From: a virus
Taxonomy: Duplodnaviria > Caudoviricetes
IMG/VR virus record: IMGVR_UViG_3300019742_000001
Direction: 5' to 3' (one strand)
Length of the DNA stretch: 64,000 bases
Positions 20,854 to 30,380 of this stretch are shown here, piece by piece (position 1 is the stretch's first letter; every line of letters starts with the position of its first letter). A model generated the notes under the pieces. The model saw nothing but the letters and a program-made list of their open reading frames with translations, was not told where the DNA came from and did no database searches. The translations under genes and the position numbers were made by a program.

Positions 20854-21855
20854 TTAATTAAGATCAATCTGTGCTCCTGTTATTTTAACATTCCCACCAG
20901 CAGTGATTGTGATATTACCTGTTACTGATATATCCCAATCACCACCAACAGTCTGTGTCTTATCTCCAACTATAGACTGTGTTTCATTGGCACCAACATC
21001 TTCTGTTAAATTATTACCAACAGTTATCTTTTGGTCACCATCTATTTTGTTTGTCTCATCACCTTTGACATAAGATTTCTTATCGACATCAACAGTCTCA
21101 CTATCGTCACCGAAAATGTGTTTGTTTCTGTCACCTTTAGTTATCTCAAATCTATTACCTTCGTTTCTAAAAACAACATTGCCATCAGCATCAATCTCTA
21201 TGTATGTGTTTGATGGATGAAATATATGTACTCGTTCTGATCCCGTAGTACTGTCAATCTCAACCGTTATTCCTCTGTGGGTAGTCAGAACAATATTTTT
21301 TGGATACTCTGCAGCAAACGCGGATTCTGGTTCATCCCACGTTTCATCATCAGACTGAACGACACCCAAATCAAGATTGTCATTCTTGTGATCAACTATT
21401 GTCCCATCAGATATACCTCTGGATAATCTGTGATAATCAGACTCACCTAATCTATCACTTCTTGGATAATCTCCATCAGGATCATTAAACCCCTTAGTTG
21501 GATCTGATTCCTCTATTGGTAGACCCGGAACTGTAGCGAAATACCTCAATGACTCCCAATTTCCACCCTCAAAGAAACAAAAGACATGTGACCCTTGTAA
21601 CGGTACAGAAAACAAACCATGACCACTCATAGACCCTTCTATGAGTCCGAGTGCTGGTTCCCCCCACGGTAGGTTGTCGGTTGAAATACCTTCCTGTTGA
21701 CCTTCTTCTTTTAATTCGTCATGGACACCCCACACCCGTATCTTACACCTACCCAACTGATCAGGATCATTGTTATTTTCTATTACACCTCTGTAAATAG
21801 CACCAAACTTTGATGTACTTGGTTCAAGGTGTCTCATATCTGTTCTTGTCGCCAT
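20854..21855 (-). CDS. gp5: Baseplate central spike gp5 (OB-fold plus beta-helix, no lysozyme domain)
   Basis: YRGVIENNNDPDQLGRCKIRVWGVH...LPW OB-fold; C-terminal VGxNxTxxV beta-helix repeats. Confidence 0.92.
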   Translation of the reverse strand: MATRTDMRHLEPSTSKFGAIYRGVIENNNDPDQLGRCKIRVWGVHDELKEEGQQEGISTDNLPWGEPALGLIEGSMSGHGLFSVPLQGSHVFCFFEGGNWESLRYFATVPGLPIEESDPTKGFNDPDGDYPRSDRLGESDYHRLSRGISDGTIVDHKNDNLDLGVVQSDDETWDEPESAFAAEYPKNIVLTTHRGITVEIDSTTGSERVHIFHPSNTYIEIDADGNVVFRNEGNRFEITKGDRNKHIFGDDSETVDVDKKSYVKGDETNKIDGDQKITVGNNLTEDVGANETQSIVGDKTQTVGGDWDISVTGNITITAGGNVKITGAQIDLN

Positions 21856-21864
21856 CGTTTATCC

Positions 21865-23124
21865 TTATATGTTAGTTTTTTTGGATTTAACTAATGTTTT
21901 GTTTGACGAATCACTGTAACCATTCTTAATACAAACCAATTTCTGTTTATATCCACCAGCCACATCATTACTAAGATAATGTGTCACTGATTTTACCAAA
22001 TACTTACCATCCATTTGTTTATTCTGGACCTCTTTGACCTCGTTTTTACTAGGCCACAAAACTCGTATCAAACCACCAGCACATCTTCTCTCATGTCCCT
22101 GTACTGTTATTTCAAGTAATTGTTGTTGACAATACTCTTTTATCCAGTTACCATACCATATATTATCTAAAATGTCTTCATTAGAATCACCATCAACTTG
22201 TTTTTGTGGTCTTTCTACAACCAATGACTCAGAAAATAAAGTCTTCTTCCCTAGAATAGTGAATCTATCTATAGCATCAGTATAAGTATAATCTCTCCGC
22301 AAAAGTTTCTTACGTTTGATATCATATCCCAACAAGGTACCACCAACTAACGACTTTAATGCAGTAAAATCAACGTGTTGTATACTAAAATCTTGAATCT
22401 TATTGATATAAATCGGATTTTGTTGGTCAAACCCATATACATTATCATCACCTATCGGTTTCATATAATTTGTCTGTGACAACAAAGACTCTAATGTTGT
22501 AAACGCATACTTGAAATCCTTCTTATCCCCATACCTATAGAACAAATACCCTGATTGTCCTGACTTTAACCCACTCGCTCTATTCATCAACCATACAATA
22601 CTCTCAGATGGTGTCTTTAAATGAGTATCAAAATGTTCTATAGACTCTTTTGATTGTTCAAAATTCTCTATCTTGTCTATACCCAAGTGGTTCTCGGCAA
22701 TGTCTTTTACTATTGTTGATATCTTTTTGTTTGACCATGCCTTACACCACTTACTTGAATGGAATTGTTGGAAATGTTCATCCACCAACATTAACTCAAT
22801 TTTAACATCACCATGCATCTTAGATTTCGCCTCTGGTGTTACTTTGTTGATCTTGTATATCTTCATATCAATAGTTCTGTAGTCACCAGAACCAGCAGTG
22901 TTACCAAATGTTATTCTGAACGTTTCGTTTCCGTTGATAACACCGAATTCCATTAGACCTATCCGATCCCAAAAACTTATCTTTCCTGTTATTGACAACG
23001 AAAATATATCCTCTATTAGATATACATATTCTACAGCAGACCCTTTCAGTAGGATTGTATCCTCACTGTCTGTTATTATTTCAACAGAAAAAACCTCTGT
23101 ACCTAATTGACCACCCAAACTCAT
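21865..23124 (-). CDS. Baseplate hub protein (gp27-like)
   Basis: Lies between gp53 and gp5; C-terminal GKYLVKSVTH motif of hub/late-control-D proteins. Confidence 0.75.
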   Translation of the reverse strand: MSLGGQLGTEVFSVEIITDSEDTILLKGSAVEYVYLIEDIFSLSITGKISFWDRIGLMEFGVINGNETFRITFGNTAGSGDYRTIDMKIYKINKVTPEAKSKMHGDVKIELMLVDEHFQQFHSSKWCKAWSNKKISTIVKDIAENHLGIDKIENFEQSKESIEHFDTHLKTPSESIVWLMNRASGLKSGQSGYLFYRYGDKKDFKYAFTTLESLLSQTNYMKPIGDDNVYGFDQQNPIYINKIQDFSIQHVDFTALKSLVGGTLLGYDIKRKKLLRRDYTYTDAIDRFTILGKKTLFSESLVVERPQKQVDGDSNEDILDNIWYGNWIKEYCQQQLLEITVQGHERRCAGGLIRVLWPSKNEVKEVQNKQMDGKYLVKSVTHYLSNDVAGGYKQKLVCIKNGYSDSSNKTLVKSKKTNI

Positions 23125-23492
23125 TATAAACCCTCAATTTTAGAAATATCATCAAATATTGTATAAATATTGTTGTATTTTAATATACGCAAAACATTAC
23201 CCTCTTCCAATTCTTCATATGGATTTGTTATCCCATTAAATAAAGCAACAACCCACCATAAAAATGGCGTACTATAAAATCTATATGATATATCATCCAA
23301 CCAATCATCATTTTGTACCATATAATAATCAAACATTATTTCATTGTTATATACATCATCGTCAACAACATAGGAACGAAATACGTTCAAGAACACTTCT
23401 CTTGTGTCACTATCTTGTAATACAGGATATAACCGTAAACTTGATGATACAGGTAAATCCCTATCATAATCAGATAAACTTAATATTGACAT
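23124..23492 (-). CDS. gp53: Baseplate wedge gp53 (LysM-like)
   Basis: YMVQNDDWLDDISYRFYSTPFLWWVVALFNGITNPY motif. Confidence 0.88.
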   Translation of the reverse strand: MSILSLSDYDRDLPVSSSLRLYPVLQDSDTREVFLNVFRSYVVDDDVYNNEIMFDYYMVQNDDWLDDISYRFYSTPFLWWVVALFNGITNPYEELEEGNVLRILKYNNIYTIFDDISKIEGL

Positions 23493-23495
23493 TTA

Positions 23496-24242
23496 CTACC
23501 CCCTGCTCGTTGTTGTAGATTTTCTGGTACTCGTTGTCATTTTTTTATTCTTTTCTGCACTTAAAGTTGATCTGTACAAAGGATTAGCGTCAATAAAATT
23601 AATGTCAACCGTAGCCTTTGATGGGTAACCATCAATCCAAGGTCCGTAATAAGTTGGGGCGACTGATTGAATAGCAACAGTTTTAACACTTATGATATCA
23701 ACAGAGTTTCCATCACCTGTGTATGTCTGCAACCTAAAAACATACGGATAACTAAACTGTGTACTTCCTGTCATAATTTCAGGACAAGAATATTCAACCA
23801 ACTTCTGAACTGGAACGTATACATCGTTGTAAGTATCTTGATATACAACAAAATCCAATTGAACCTTAAATGCTCGTCTGGTTGAGTTTGTATACAAAAT
23901 AGGATTATCTGCCTTGTGTCCATCGGTTATAGATACTCCACCCTCACCCAACAATGAATTGTACTGACTCCCAACCTTAGCCTTTATCTCTTTGAATGCA
24001 CCTGAAATAGACGACAAGTCTTCCCATGTGTGATCTATATTATAACTCCATTCGGTTGGCATCAAAAACCACATAGGACTTTCACCTTTTAACTCGTTTC
24101 CGTTAAATGCATCCACCCTTGACCTGATGTTTTCTAAGTTTAGTGCCCGTGGAATGACCTGTAACCAAAGAGTATCCTTTGATTCAGCCCTTTCTCTATC
24201 TATACCGTTTGGATAAAACTGTCCACCAAAATTATTTGCCAT
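23496..24242 (-). CDS. Baseplate-tail tube initiator/cap (gp48/gp54-like)
   Basis: Tube-fold features (RRAFKVQLDF...YPYVF...); start moved to ATG 24242, which overlaps the tape-measure stop as TAATG. Confidence 0.65.
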   Translation of the reverse strand: MANNFGGQFYPNGIDRERAESKDTLWLQVIPRALNLENIRSRVDAFNGNELKGESPMWFLMPTEWSYNIDHTWEDLSSISGAFKEIKAKVGSQYNSLLGEGGVSITDGHKADNPILYTNSTRRAFKVQLDFVVYQDTYNDVYVPVQKLVEYSCPEIMTGSTQFSYPYVFRLQTYTGDGNSVDIISVKTVAIQSVAPTYYGPWIDGYPSKATVDINFIDANPLYRSTLSAEKNKKMTTSTRKSTTTSRG

Positions 24243-26452
24243 TATCCACCTAACCCCCATGTCTTATTATGTAACATCATACCCATGTTTTCTGGGTCTG
24301 TAGGTATATCATTATCTCTACTTTGTATGCTATTCATAATATTAGTTTGTTGTATTGCATTCCGTTGTCTCTCATCATTCGCTGTTGTCAATGTTGAATT
24401 AGTAATATCCAATTTTCTTCCTGTATCCTCAACAGCCGATGTCTGTCTTCCTGTCTGTTCTGCCCTCGCCCTATCTTTATCAGCAAATGACGGTAACGAT
24501 GACACAACCTGTTTTTTCGCATCCAACGATGCCATATAAGTGTCAATCTTCTCAGTTTGCTCCCTGTCCCAAAGATATGCACTACTAGGATATTCTTTTT
24601 CTGACCACCCACGACTTGCCAGAAATGCTTCATACTCTTTCCTCATAGTAGGAATATCTTCTTGTAATTGATCCACGGTCTTTCCACTAGGAGAAGTTCT
24701 CAGTGATATTCCATTTACTTCCTCATCAAAAAAACTAACGTCTCTATTTCCTTTCGAATATCTACTATAATAGGGAGAATATTCTGATTCTTTTTTTACT
24801 ATACTTGGTGTACGACTTGATGCTGGAGCAGAAACTTCACCATCTTCATCATCGTCACCAAAACCGGGAATCCAACTTGTAGCTTTATCCCATATCTTCC
24901 CAGCGGCACCCATAAGACCATCTTTTATAGAAGTGAATACCTCACCGACTTTCCCAAAAAATCCCATTAACGAATCCCAGATACCACCAATCCATCCTGT
25001 AACACCATCATACAGTTCTAATATAGCGTCCTTACCAAAATCAACCTGAAAATCAACCCCAAACATTTTTAATGCAGTATTAATAAGCCATTCTGGTATC
25101 ATCAATAATCCATCATAAATATCCGCTATTATCAATCTAGCCATTCCAGCCCAATCACCATCTTTAAACATCACAGATAACTTATCAAAATCCTTAAATA
25201 AATTATAAACAATCTTACCAACTGACATCACAACGGCAATAACACCTACGATTATTGGGATTGCTGGAATCAACGTGGTAGTAACAAATGCTGTTATAAT
25301 TGGAACAACCGCCATTAACATTGGACCGAGCCTCATCAAAGCAGACCACATACCCATACCGACATCCTTAGCCTTACTCAATCCTGCTTTCAATCTTTCC
25401 CGTTTATCGGCAAGCCAACGTTTAGCAGTTTCCCGTTTGTCAACAAGCCAACGTTTAGCAGTCTCATTTTTATCAACAAGCCAACGTTTAGCAGTCTCAT
25501 TTCTATCAACAATCCAACGTTTGGCAGTCTCATTTTTATCAACAAGCCAACGTTTAGCAATCTCTCTTTTCTCAACCATTCTCTCTTGTTTGTCAATAAA
25601 CCACATACGATAAGTATCTTTTTTGTTCTCCCACCACCGTTTAGTTTCTTCTTTTCTAGTACCAACCAATTCATTACGAATATCTCTCAAAGAAACAGCA
25701 GACTCTTTCTCGTAGTCTGTAGGACCAGAAAATAATGTCTTTCCGATAGTGAACATTGATTTTGATACAGCAACCAACGGTCCTGTTAGTGCATCAATTG
25801 GTGCCATAATAGCACTCATGTGCGTCTTAAAGTGACCACTAATCTCTTGTATTCCTGTCTTATAGTGTTCCATCATACCATCAGTCATTAACCTACCAAA
25901 CAACGGAACTGTTGTCAGAACACTTGACCTCCAACTATCCAATGTTCTTGTAAAACCAGAAATGATTGGATATAGTGAACTACTTCCAGTTTCAACGATT
26001 TCATCCATCGAAGATTCGACTTTAACCATCGCATTCTTAATAAACTCTTTGTTCTCTTTATAAAACTCTTTATTTTTCATGTAACGTTTGATGGTTTCTT
26101 GTTTCATCTGATTTACCATAAACTTCTTGTCTTCATCAGAAGCCTTCTCATAAGCAAGACGTTTATTGTCATCACGAGCAAACTGAACAGATACATCGTG
26201 GGAAATTTCTTTAGCGAACGTATCTTCTTTACCAAGTGCTTTTGATACCATCTTGGCTGTCTGTTCAGAAGTCTTTGCATTCTCCAACCTGACTCTGTTC
26301 TGAAAACGTTCCAATGCGGCTATCCCATCAGTTGACATTTCCAAATTGGTCTTTCCAAGATTCACCAACTTCTGTAGATACTCTGATTGTTTCGCCAATT
26401 GACTTTGATTAAGTATGCTACTTTTATCTGTATATTTTGTTGTATTCGCCAT
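24242..26452 (-). CDS. Tail tape-measure protein (gp29 equivalent)
   Basis: Helical, with 11-aa Trp repeats and a hydrophobic segment; follows tube and chaperone genes; start moved to ATG 26452 (SD GGAG, late promoter upstream). Confidence 0.8.
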   Translation of the reverse strand: MANTTKYTDKSSILNQSQLAKQSEYLQKLVNLGKTNLEMSTDGIAALERFQNRVRLENAKTSEQTAKMVSKALGKEDTFAKEISHDVSVQFARDDNKRLAYEKASDEDKKFMVNQMKQETIKRYMKNKEFYKENKEFIKNAMVKVESSMDEIVETGSSSLYPIISGFTRTLDSWRSSVLTTVPLFGRLMTDGMMEHYKTGIQEISGHFKTHMSAIMAPIDALTGPLVAVSKSMFTIGKTLFSGPTDYEKESAVSLRDIRNELVGTRKEETKRWWENKKDTYRMWFIDKQERMVEKREIAKRWLVDKNETAKRWIVDRNETAKRWLVDKNETAKRWLVDKRETAKRWLADKRERLKAGLSKAKDVGMGMWSALMRLGPMLMAVVPIITAFVTTTLIPAIPIIVGVIAVVMSVGKIVYNLFKDFDKLSVMFKDGDWAGMARLIIADIYDGLLMIPEWLINTALKMFGVDFQVDFGKDAILELYDGVTGWIGGIWDSLMGFFGKVGEVFTSIKDGLMGAAGKIWDKATSWIPGFGDDDEDGEVSAPASSRTPSIVKKESEYSPYYSRYSKGNRDVSFFDEEVNGISLRTSPSGKTVDQLQEDIPTMRKEYEAFLASRGWSEKEYPSSAYLWDREQTEKIDTYMASLDAKKQVVSSLPSFADKDRARAEQTGRQTSAVEDTGRKLDITNSTLTTANDERQRNAIQQTNIMNSIQSRDNDIPTDPENMGMMLHNKTWGLGG
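25398..25565 (-). repeat. Five 33-bp tandem coding repeats (ETAKRWLVDKN) in the tape measure
   Basis: caagccaacgtttagcag-type core at 25411, 25444, 25477, 25510 and 25543. Confidence 0.92.
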
Positions 26453-26470
26453 TATATTCTCCAAAAAACA

Positions 26471-26507
26471 AAAGGATCTAAGAGTATTTATATCTCTTAG
26501 ATCCTTT
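26471..26507 (-). promoter_or_regulatory. Late promoter TATAAATA forming the loop of a perfect 14-bp inverted repeat
   Basis: aaaggatctaagag (26471-84) + tatttatat + ctcttagatccttt (26494-507); U-rich tail on the minus strand. Confidence 0.8.
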
Positions 26508-26542
26508 ACGAATCTCATTAGGGTTAATTCCCTAAGATTATG

Positions 26543-26734
26543 TTATTTTTTATATGCTTCTGATTCTTCTTTCATGTCCTTTGACAACATTCCGACGATC
26601 ATCTTACGCTCAAATTCTGGCATCGCGTTACTATCCGAAATTGTTATATTCGCCCCTCTTGCCAGAAAATACTGTTCTTTCAATATAGAATCAAGTGAAC
26701 AGTCATTACACAGAACGAATATTAGATAAAAAAA
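26543..26734 (-). CDS. -1 frame extension of the gp26-like chaperone (T4-like gp51-type segment), reached by a probable programmed frameshift
   Basis: Unlisted 61-codon frame YLIFVLCNDCSLDSILKEQYFLARGANITISDSNAMPEFERKMIVGMLSKDMKEESEAYKK*; slippery T TTT TTT at 26734-26728; no SD-led start of its own. Confidence 0.72.
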   Translation of the reverse strand, partial: FFYLIFVLCNDCSLDSILKEQYFLARGANITISDSNAMPEFERKMIVGMLSKDMKEESEAYKK

Positions 26735-27471
26735 TCGTTTAATGGTATATCAACAACCTTTTCGTTCATACAACTCACACAAGATATGTCCTTCTTGAAT
26801 ACCACTCCAAACTCGTTATCAGTAAACCAATCAGTAAACACATCAAACACATCACTTTTGATATTATCAAGAATGTACTGTTTGTCTTCAAATGGAACGT
26901 TATCAAGTATACCAGATGGTGTATGAACCAATTTAACACAATTAACCAATGTTCCTGTTTGAATATCAATCTGTCTCTCACGCAAACTTAAATTCTTTTC
27001 GTTAGACCTACTAACAGCATTTTTCTGACCACCACGTGTCGGGTAATCAACTTCAAACTTCAAATCATCATTGATCGGTATAACAGCATCAACCTCTGGT
27101 CTTTGAACTACTTCCAGTTTCGTAAGATCAATACTAACCATGTTCTCTACACCACATTTAGGACACTTATACGTGAAACGATACATATTACCTTTCGTCA
27201 CTTTTCTAAGCTCTAATAATAGATTAAACCTATCTTGTAGATAGAGATCATCTATATTAAAATCCTCTGTGATCACACAATCGGATATTAACTTGTCTAG
27301 TGCCCTCTCAACAACATAAGGATCACTTTCATCCTCATACGCAAGAATCTTTTTCATTTGACCGGTAGTGATAGGCTTTATCATTAATTCCTGACCACTA
27401 CCAACCAACTTACAAGGAAATTCATAGGTTTCTATTAGACCTTTGATGTCCACAAATTTTGACTCACTCAT
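26722..27471 (-). CDS. gp26: Baseplate hub / tail assembly chaperone gp26-like
   Basis: YEFPCKLVGSGQELMIKPITTGQMKKIL...LRKVTKG...YKCPKC; ends DFFI. Confidence 0.85.
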   Translation of the reverse strand: MSESKFVDIKGLIETYEFPCKLVGSGQELMIKPITTGQMKKILAYEDESDPYVVERALDKLISDCVITEDFNIDDLYLQDRFNLLLELRKVTKGNMYRFTYKCPKCGVENMVSIDLTKLEVVQRPEVDAVIPINDDLKFEVDYPTRGGQKNAVSRSNEKNLSLRERQIDIQTGTLVNCVKLVHTPSGILDNVPFEDKQYILDNIKSDVFDVFTDWFTDNEFGVVFKKDISCVSCMNEKVVDIPLNDFFI

Positions 27472-27491
27472 TTATATATCCCCTTTGTTTT

Positions 27492-28031
27492 TTATGCTGA
27501 CGCTTCTGTAGCAGAAGGTCCAGCTTGAATATCATCAATTACGTGATATTGGTATGTAAAGACAACATCAAAAGATGAAATCTCCTTATTACCATAATCC
27601 AAACTAATTTCACTTATAGAACTAGGCCATGCTCTGTGTAGACTATAATTCATAATTGAATTTCCATCAGAATCTAGTTGGGTCAAATCAACCTGACCAA
27701 AATAATCAGATGGTACCCCATGAGCATTACTCACAGGATCATGGATCTTGTTCATCCATTCCAGAAAATTGGTTCTGAGTGCATTTGCCGTATCAGATTT
27801 AAAATTAATGGTAAACTCAGCGAAAGTATTTGTTCCACCAAATTTATATTCGGCACCCTGCCATTTAGTTGTAATAGCTTCAATTGTTTGGGTTGGTAAT
27901 GATGCTGTATTAACTAAATATGGGTGGTCTTTTAAAATCTCTACTGGACTGTTAGATATTCTCGCATAAAACAAATACCCTCTTGAAAAATCACTATACG
28001 CCCCAATAAAATCATCTATCTTGAATCCCAT
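27492..28031 (-). CDS. gp19: Tail tube protein gp19
   Basis: Directly downstream of the sheath; ASLP...AWPSSISEISLDY...FDVVFTYQY tube motifs. Confidence 0.9.
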   Translation of the reverse strand: MGFKIDDFIGAYSDFSRGYLFYARISNSPVEILKDHPYLVNTASLPTQTIEAITTKWQGAEYKFGGTNTFAEFTINFKSDTANALRTNFLEWMNKIHDPVSNAHGVPSDYFGQVDLTQLDSDGNSIMNYSLHRAWPSSISEISLDYGNKEISSFDVVFTYQYHVIDDIQAGPSATEASA

Positions 28032-28051
28032 GTTTCCTCCTAATATTATAA

Positions 28052-28081
28052 GGTTAAGGGATCAATTAAGACCCCTTAACC
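28052..28081 (-). terminator. Stem-loop between sheath and tube genes
   Basis: ggttaaggg...cccttaacc inverted repeat; U-tail weak, so it could be a stabilising or processing hairpin. Confidence 0.5.
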
Positions 28082-28091
28082 AGATTGTTAA

Positions 28092-30365
28092 TTATACTGC
28101 CGCTGCAGCTTCTTCAAACGATGCACCTGTTTTAGTTGCAACAAAGTTAAGAACAATAAATTCTGCTGTTCTTGTTGGTTTGATAAGAATATCACACCAT
28201 AATTCGTTACGATCAACTCTCTCAGGTGTATTGTTACTATCGTCACAAATAACCTTGAAATCATAGATACCTCGTCTTGACTGTACATCCCTCAAGAAAG
28301 GGTTAATCATATTCACCAACAAACTTCTGGTAACCTTGTCATTTGGCTCAAACAAGAAATACTTAGCTGATGTTGAAATAGCTTTCTCTAATGTAATAAA
28401 CAAACGACGAACATTGACACGGTTGAAAGCAGATGATTTAGCCAACATTGTCTTCTGACCCCAAACAACCTTACCTTGTCCTGAAAAGGATACGATAGGG
28501 TTAAGACCATTTGAGTATAGAATATCTCTGTTACCTTGTTTTGGGTTCCAAGCTAGTCTACGAACACCAGTAAGAACCGCTCTGTTAAGACCAGCGGGTG
28601 CCCACCAAGGATCTGTTACATCATCAGTTTTTGCATAAATCCCACCAATGTAACCAGCAGTTGGAATCCAACGATACTTCTGATTGTATTTATCATAAAC
28701 TTCAATCCAGTTTCCGTAGATAGATGCATATGATGTGTTCTCATTAAATCCACCTTGTGAGAATGAACCTGTACCATTTCTCCAATCACGAAGTTGAACT
28801 GTCTCGTTACCTTTATTGTTAATAACCAATGTCTTTGGAACATCAAGAATTGCCATACAATCAAGACGCTCTTCACACATAGCAATGATATCTGATTTTA
28901 CTGTTTCTGATTTACCAGAATCAAGGATTAGGTTAACATCAACAGTCTCAGGATCTTCATACAATCTATAAGCCTCAATGATATCAGCATCAGATGGAGC
29001 ACCTGTTCCGTCACTACCACCAGCAAATCGATGGAATGTATCTACACATAACATAGATGGAAAGTCTTGACCTTCTAATGAAGATACATCAACCGAAATT
29101 CTAATGTAAGAAGATTGGTTATTAATGATGTCTTCAACAAATCTCTTACCACCTGTTTCATCAAGTGCATTTGGATCTGTTGATACATTAAATGTTTCTT
29201 TTGTAACCCATGTTGATTTTCTTTGTGGTTTCTCTTGAACCAATACCAAGAAATCTGTTGAACTTTCCAACTGTGAATCTATAGATGATAGTGCAGAAAA
29301 TGCATCACCATATTGAGTTGTATCTAATGTACCATCTAACATACTCTTTTGTGTATCGTAATCTAAGAATGCAATTCTAATATTATCACCCCAATCACCT
29401 CTTGAAGAAGCAATGAACCAGAAATAATCACTTACATTAGTTACTTGTACATCATCACCAAAGTCATCAGGATCTTCACTTGGAAGAACACTAAAATCAA
29501 GATCTGTTCCATTAATATCAAATGTACCACCACCAGAACTTAAAAGAACCTCGTCTGTCTGTAAAACACCGTCAACGATATTCTCAGTGATGTTAACAGT
29601 AAAACCAGAACCAGATCCACCAGTTGTCTCAACGTTTATTGCGGTTGAATAACCAGTACCACCATCAAGAACCGAGAATGTTAAAACTGTTCCATCTGTA
29701 TCAACAGTTTCTATGGTAAGTGTTGCGTCTTCATTACCACCTGTTACTGTAACGATATCCCCTTCAAGATATCCACCAACAGATAACAAATCACTCATTA
29801 CTGTTGATGTAGTTGTTTCACCAGTTACATCAACACCATAACCACCACCGCCAGCAACAAGGTCAACTGTAACAACAACCCCATCAATAACATTGGTAAC
29901 TTGAACAACAGCGTCAACTGAACCTTCTGTGTTCCCATTGATTGTAACCATTTCACCGATCTTGTATCCAGTACCACCAACGTTCAATTCCACTTCTGTT
30001 ACCGAACCTACTGTGTCACCAAATGGTATCGTTACAGTAGTATCTACTGTTAGACCAACACCACTTCCTGTACCTACTGTTAAACTTGCAAATGTTGCAT
30101 CTGAGTTTGCCACTCTTGTCGCATACAATTTGTTACCGTATTTCAGAAAACCCGCTGATGATAAAATATCTTCATATGATTCATCGGTTGGTTCCCCAAA
30201 CGCACTGATAAGATCACTCTCATCCGTAACGAGTGTTTGTTTCTTTTCAGCACCTTTGTATGTTTCTCTAAGGGCAATAACTCCAATACTTGTAGCAACG
30301 GCTGGAATAGTCGTAGACAAGTCAATCTCGTTTACATCTACAAGTGGAGACAAATAAAAAGCCAT
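28092..30365 (-). CDS. gp18: Tail sheath protein gp18 with inserted GGxGY modules
   Basis: LSPLVDVNEIDL start; PWWAPAGLNR, NPI...WGQKT...FNRVNVRRLF and P.RT.EFI motifs. Confidence 0.97.
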   Translation of the reverse strand: MAFYLSPLVDVNEIDLSTTIPAVATSIGVIALRETYKGAEKKQTLVTDESDLISAFGEPTDESYEDILSSAGFLKYGNKLYATRVANSDATFASLTVGTGSGVGLTVDTTVTIPFGDTVGSVTEVELNVGGTGYKIGEMVTINGNTEGSVDAVVQVTNVIDGVVVTVDLVAGGGGYGVDVTGETTTSTVMSDLLSVGGYLEGDIVTVTGGNEDATLTIETVDTDGTVLTFSVLDGGTGYSTAINVETTGGSGSGFTVNITENIVDGVLQTDEVLLSSGGGTFDINGTDLDFSVLPSEDPDDFGDDVQVTNVSDYFWFIASSRGDWGDNIRIAFLDYDTQKSMLDGTLDTTQYGDAFSALSSIDSQLESSTDFLVLVQEKPQRKSTWVTKETFNVSTDPNALDETGGKRFVEDIINNQSSYIRISVDVSSLEGQDFPSMLCVDTFHRFAGGSDGTGAPSDADIIEAYRLYEDPETVDVNLILDSGKSETVKSDIIAMCEERLDCMAILDVPKTLVINNKGNETVQLRDWRNGTGSFSQGGFNENTSYASIYGNWIEVYDKYNQKYRWIPTAGYIGGIYAKTDDVTDPWWAPAGLNRAVLTGVRRLAWNPKQGNRDILYSNGLNPIVSFSGQGKVVWGQKTMLAKSSAFNRVNVRRLFITLEKAISTSAKYFLFEPNDKVTRSLLVNMINPFLRDVQSRRGIYDFKVICDDSNNTPERVDRNELWCDILIKPTRTAEFIVLNFVATKTGASFEEAAAAV

Positions 30366-30380
30366 AATTGTATAATCCTC

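Noticed and set aside
25398-25565. CRISPR array
   Set aside because: The 33-bp units are contiguous, in frame and lack unique spacers; the same holds for the arrays at 63611-64000.
17065-30365. Type VI secretion system or extracellular contractile injection system
   Set aside because: PAAR, spike, tube and sheath are accompanied by capsid, portal, protease and terminase genes of T4 type, so this is a phage.
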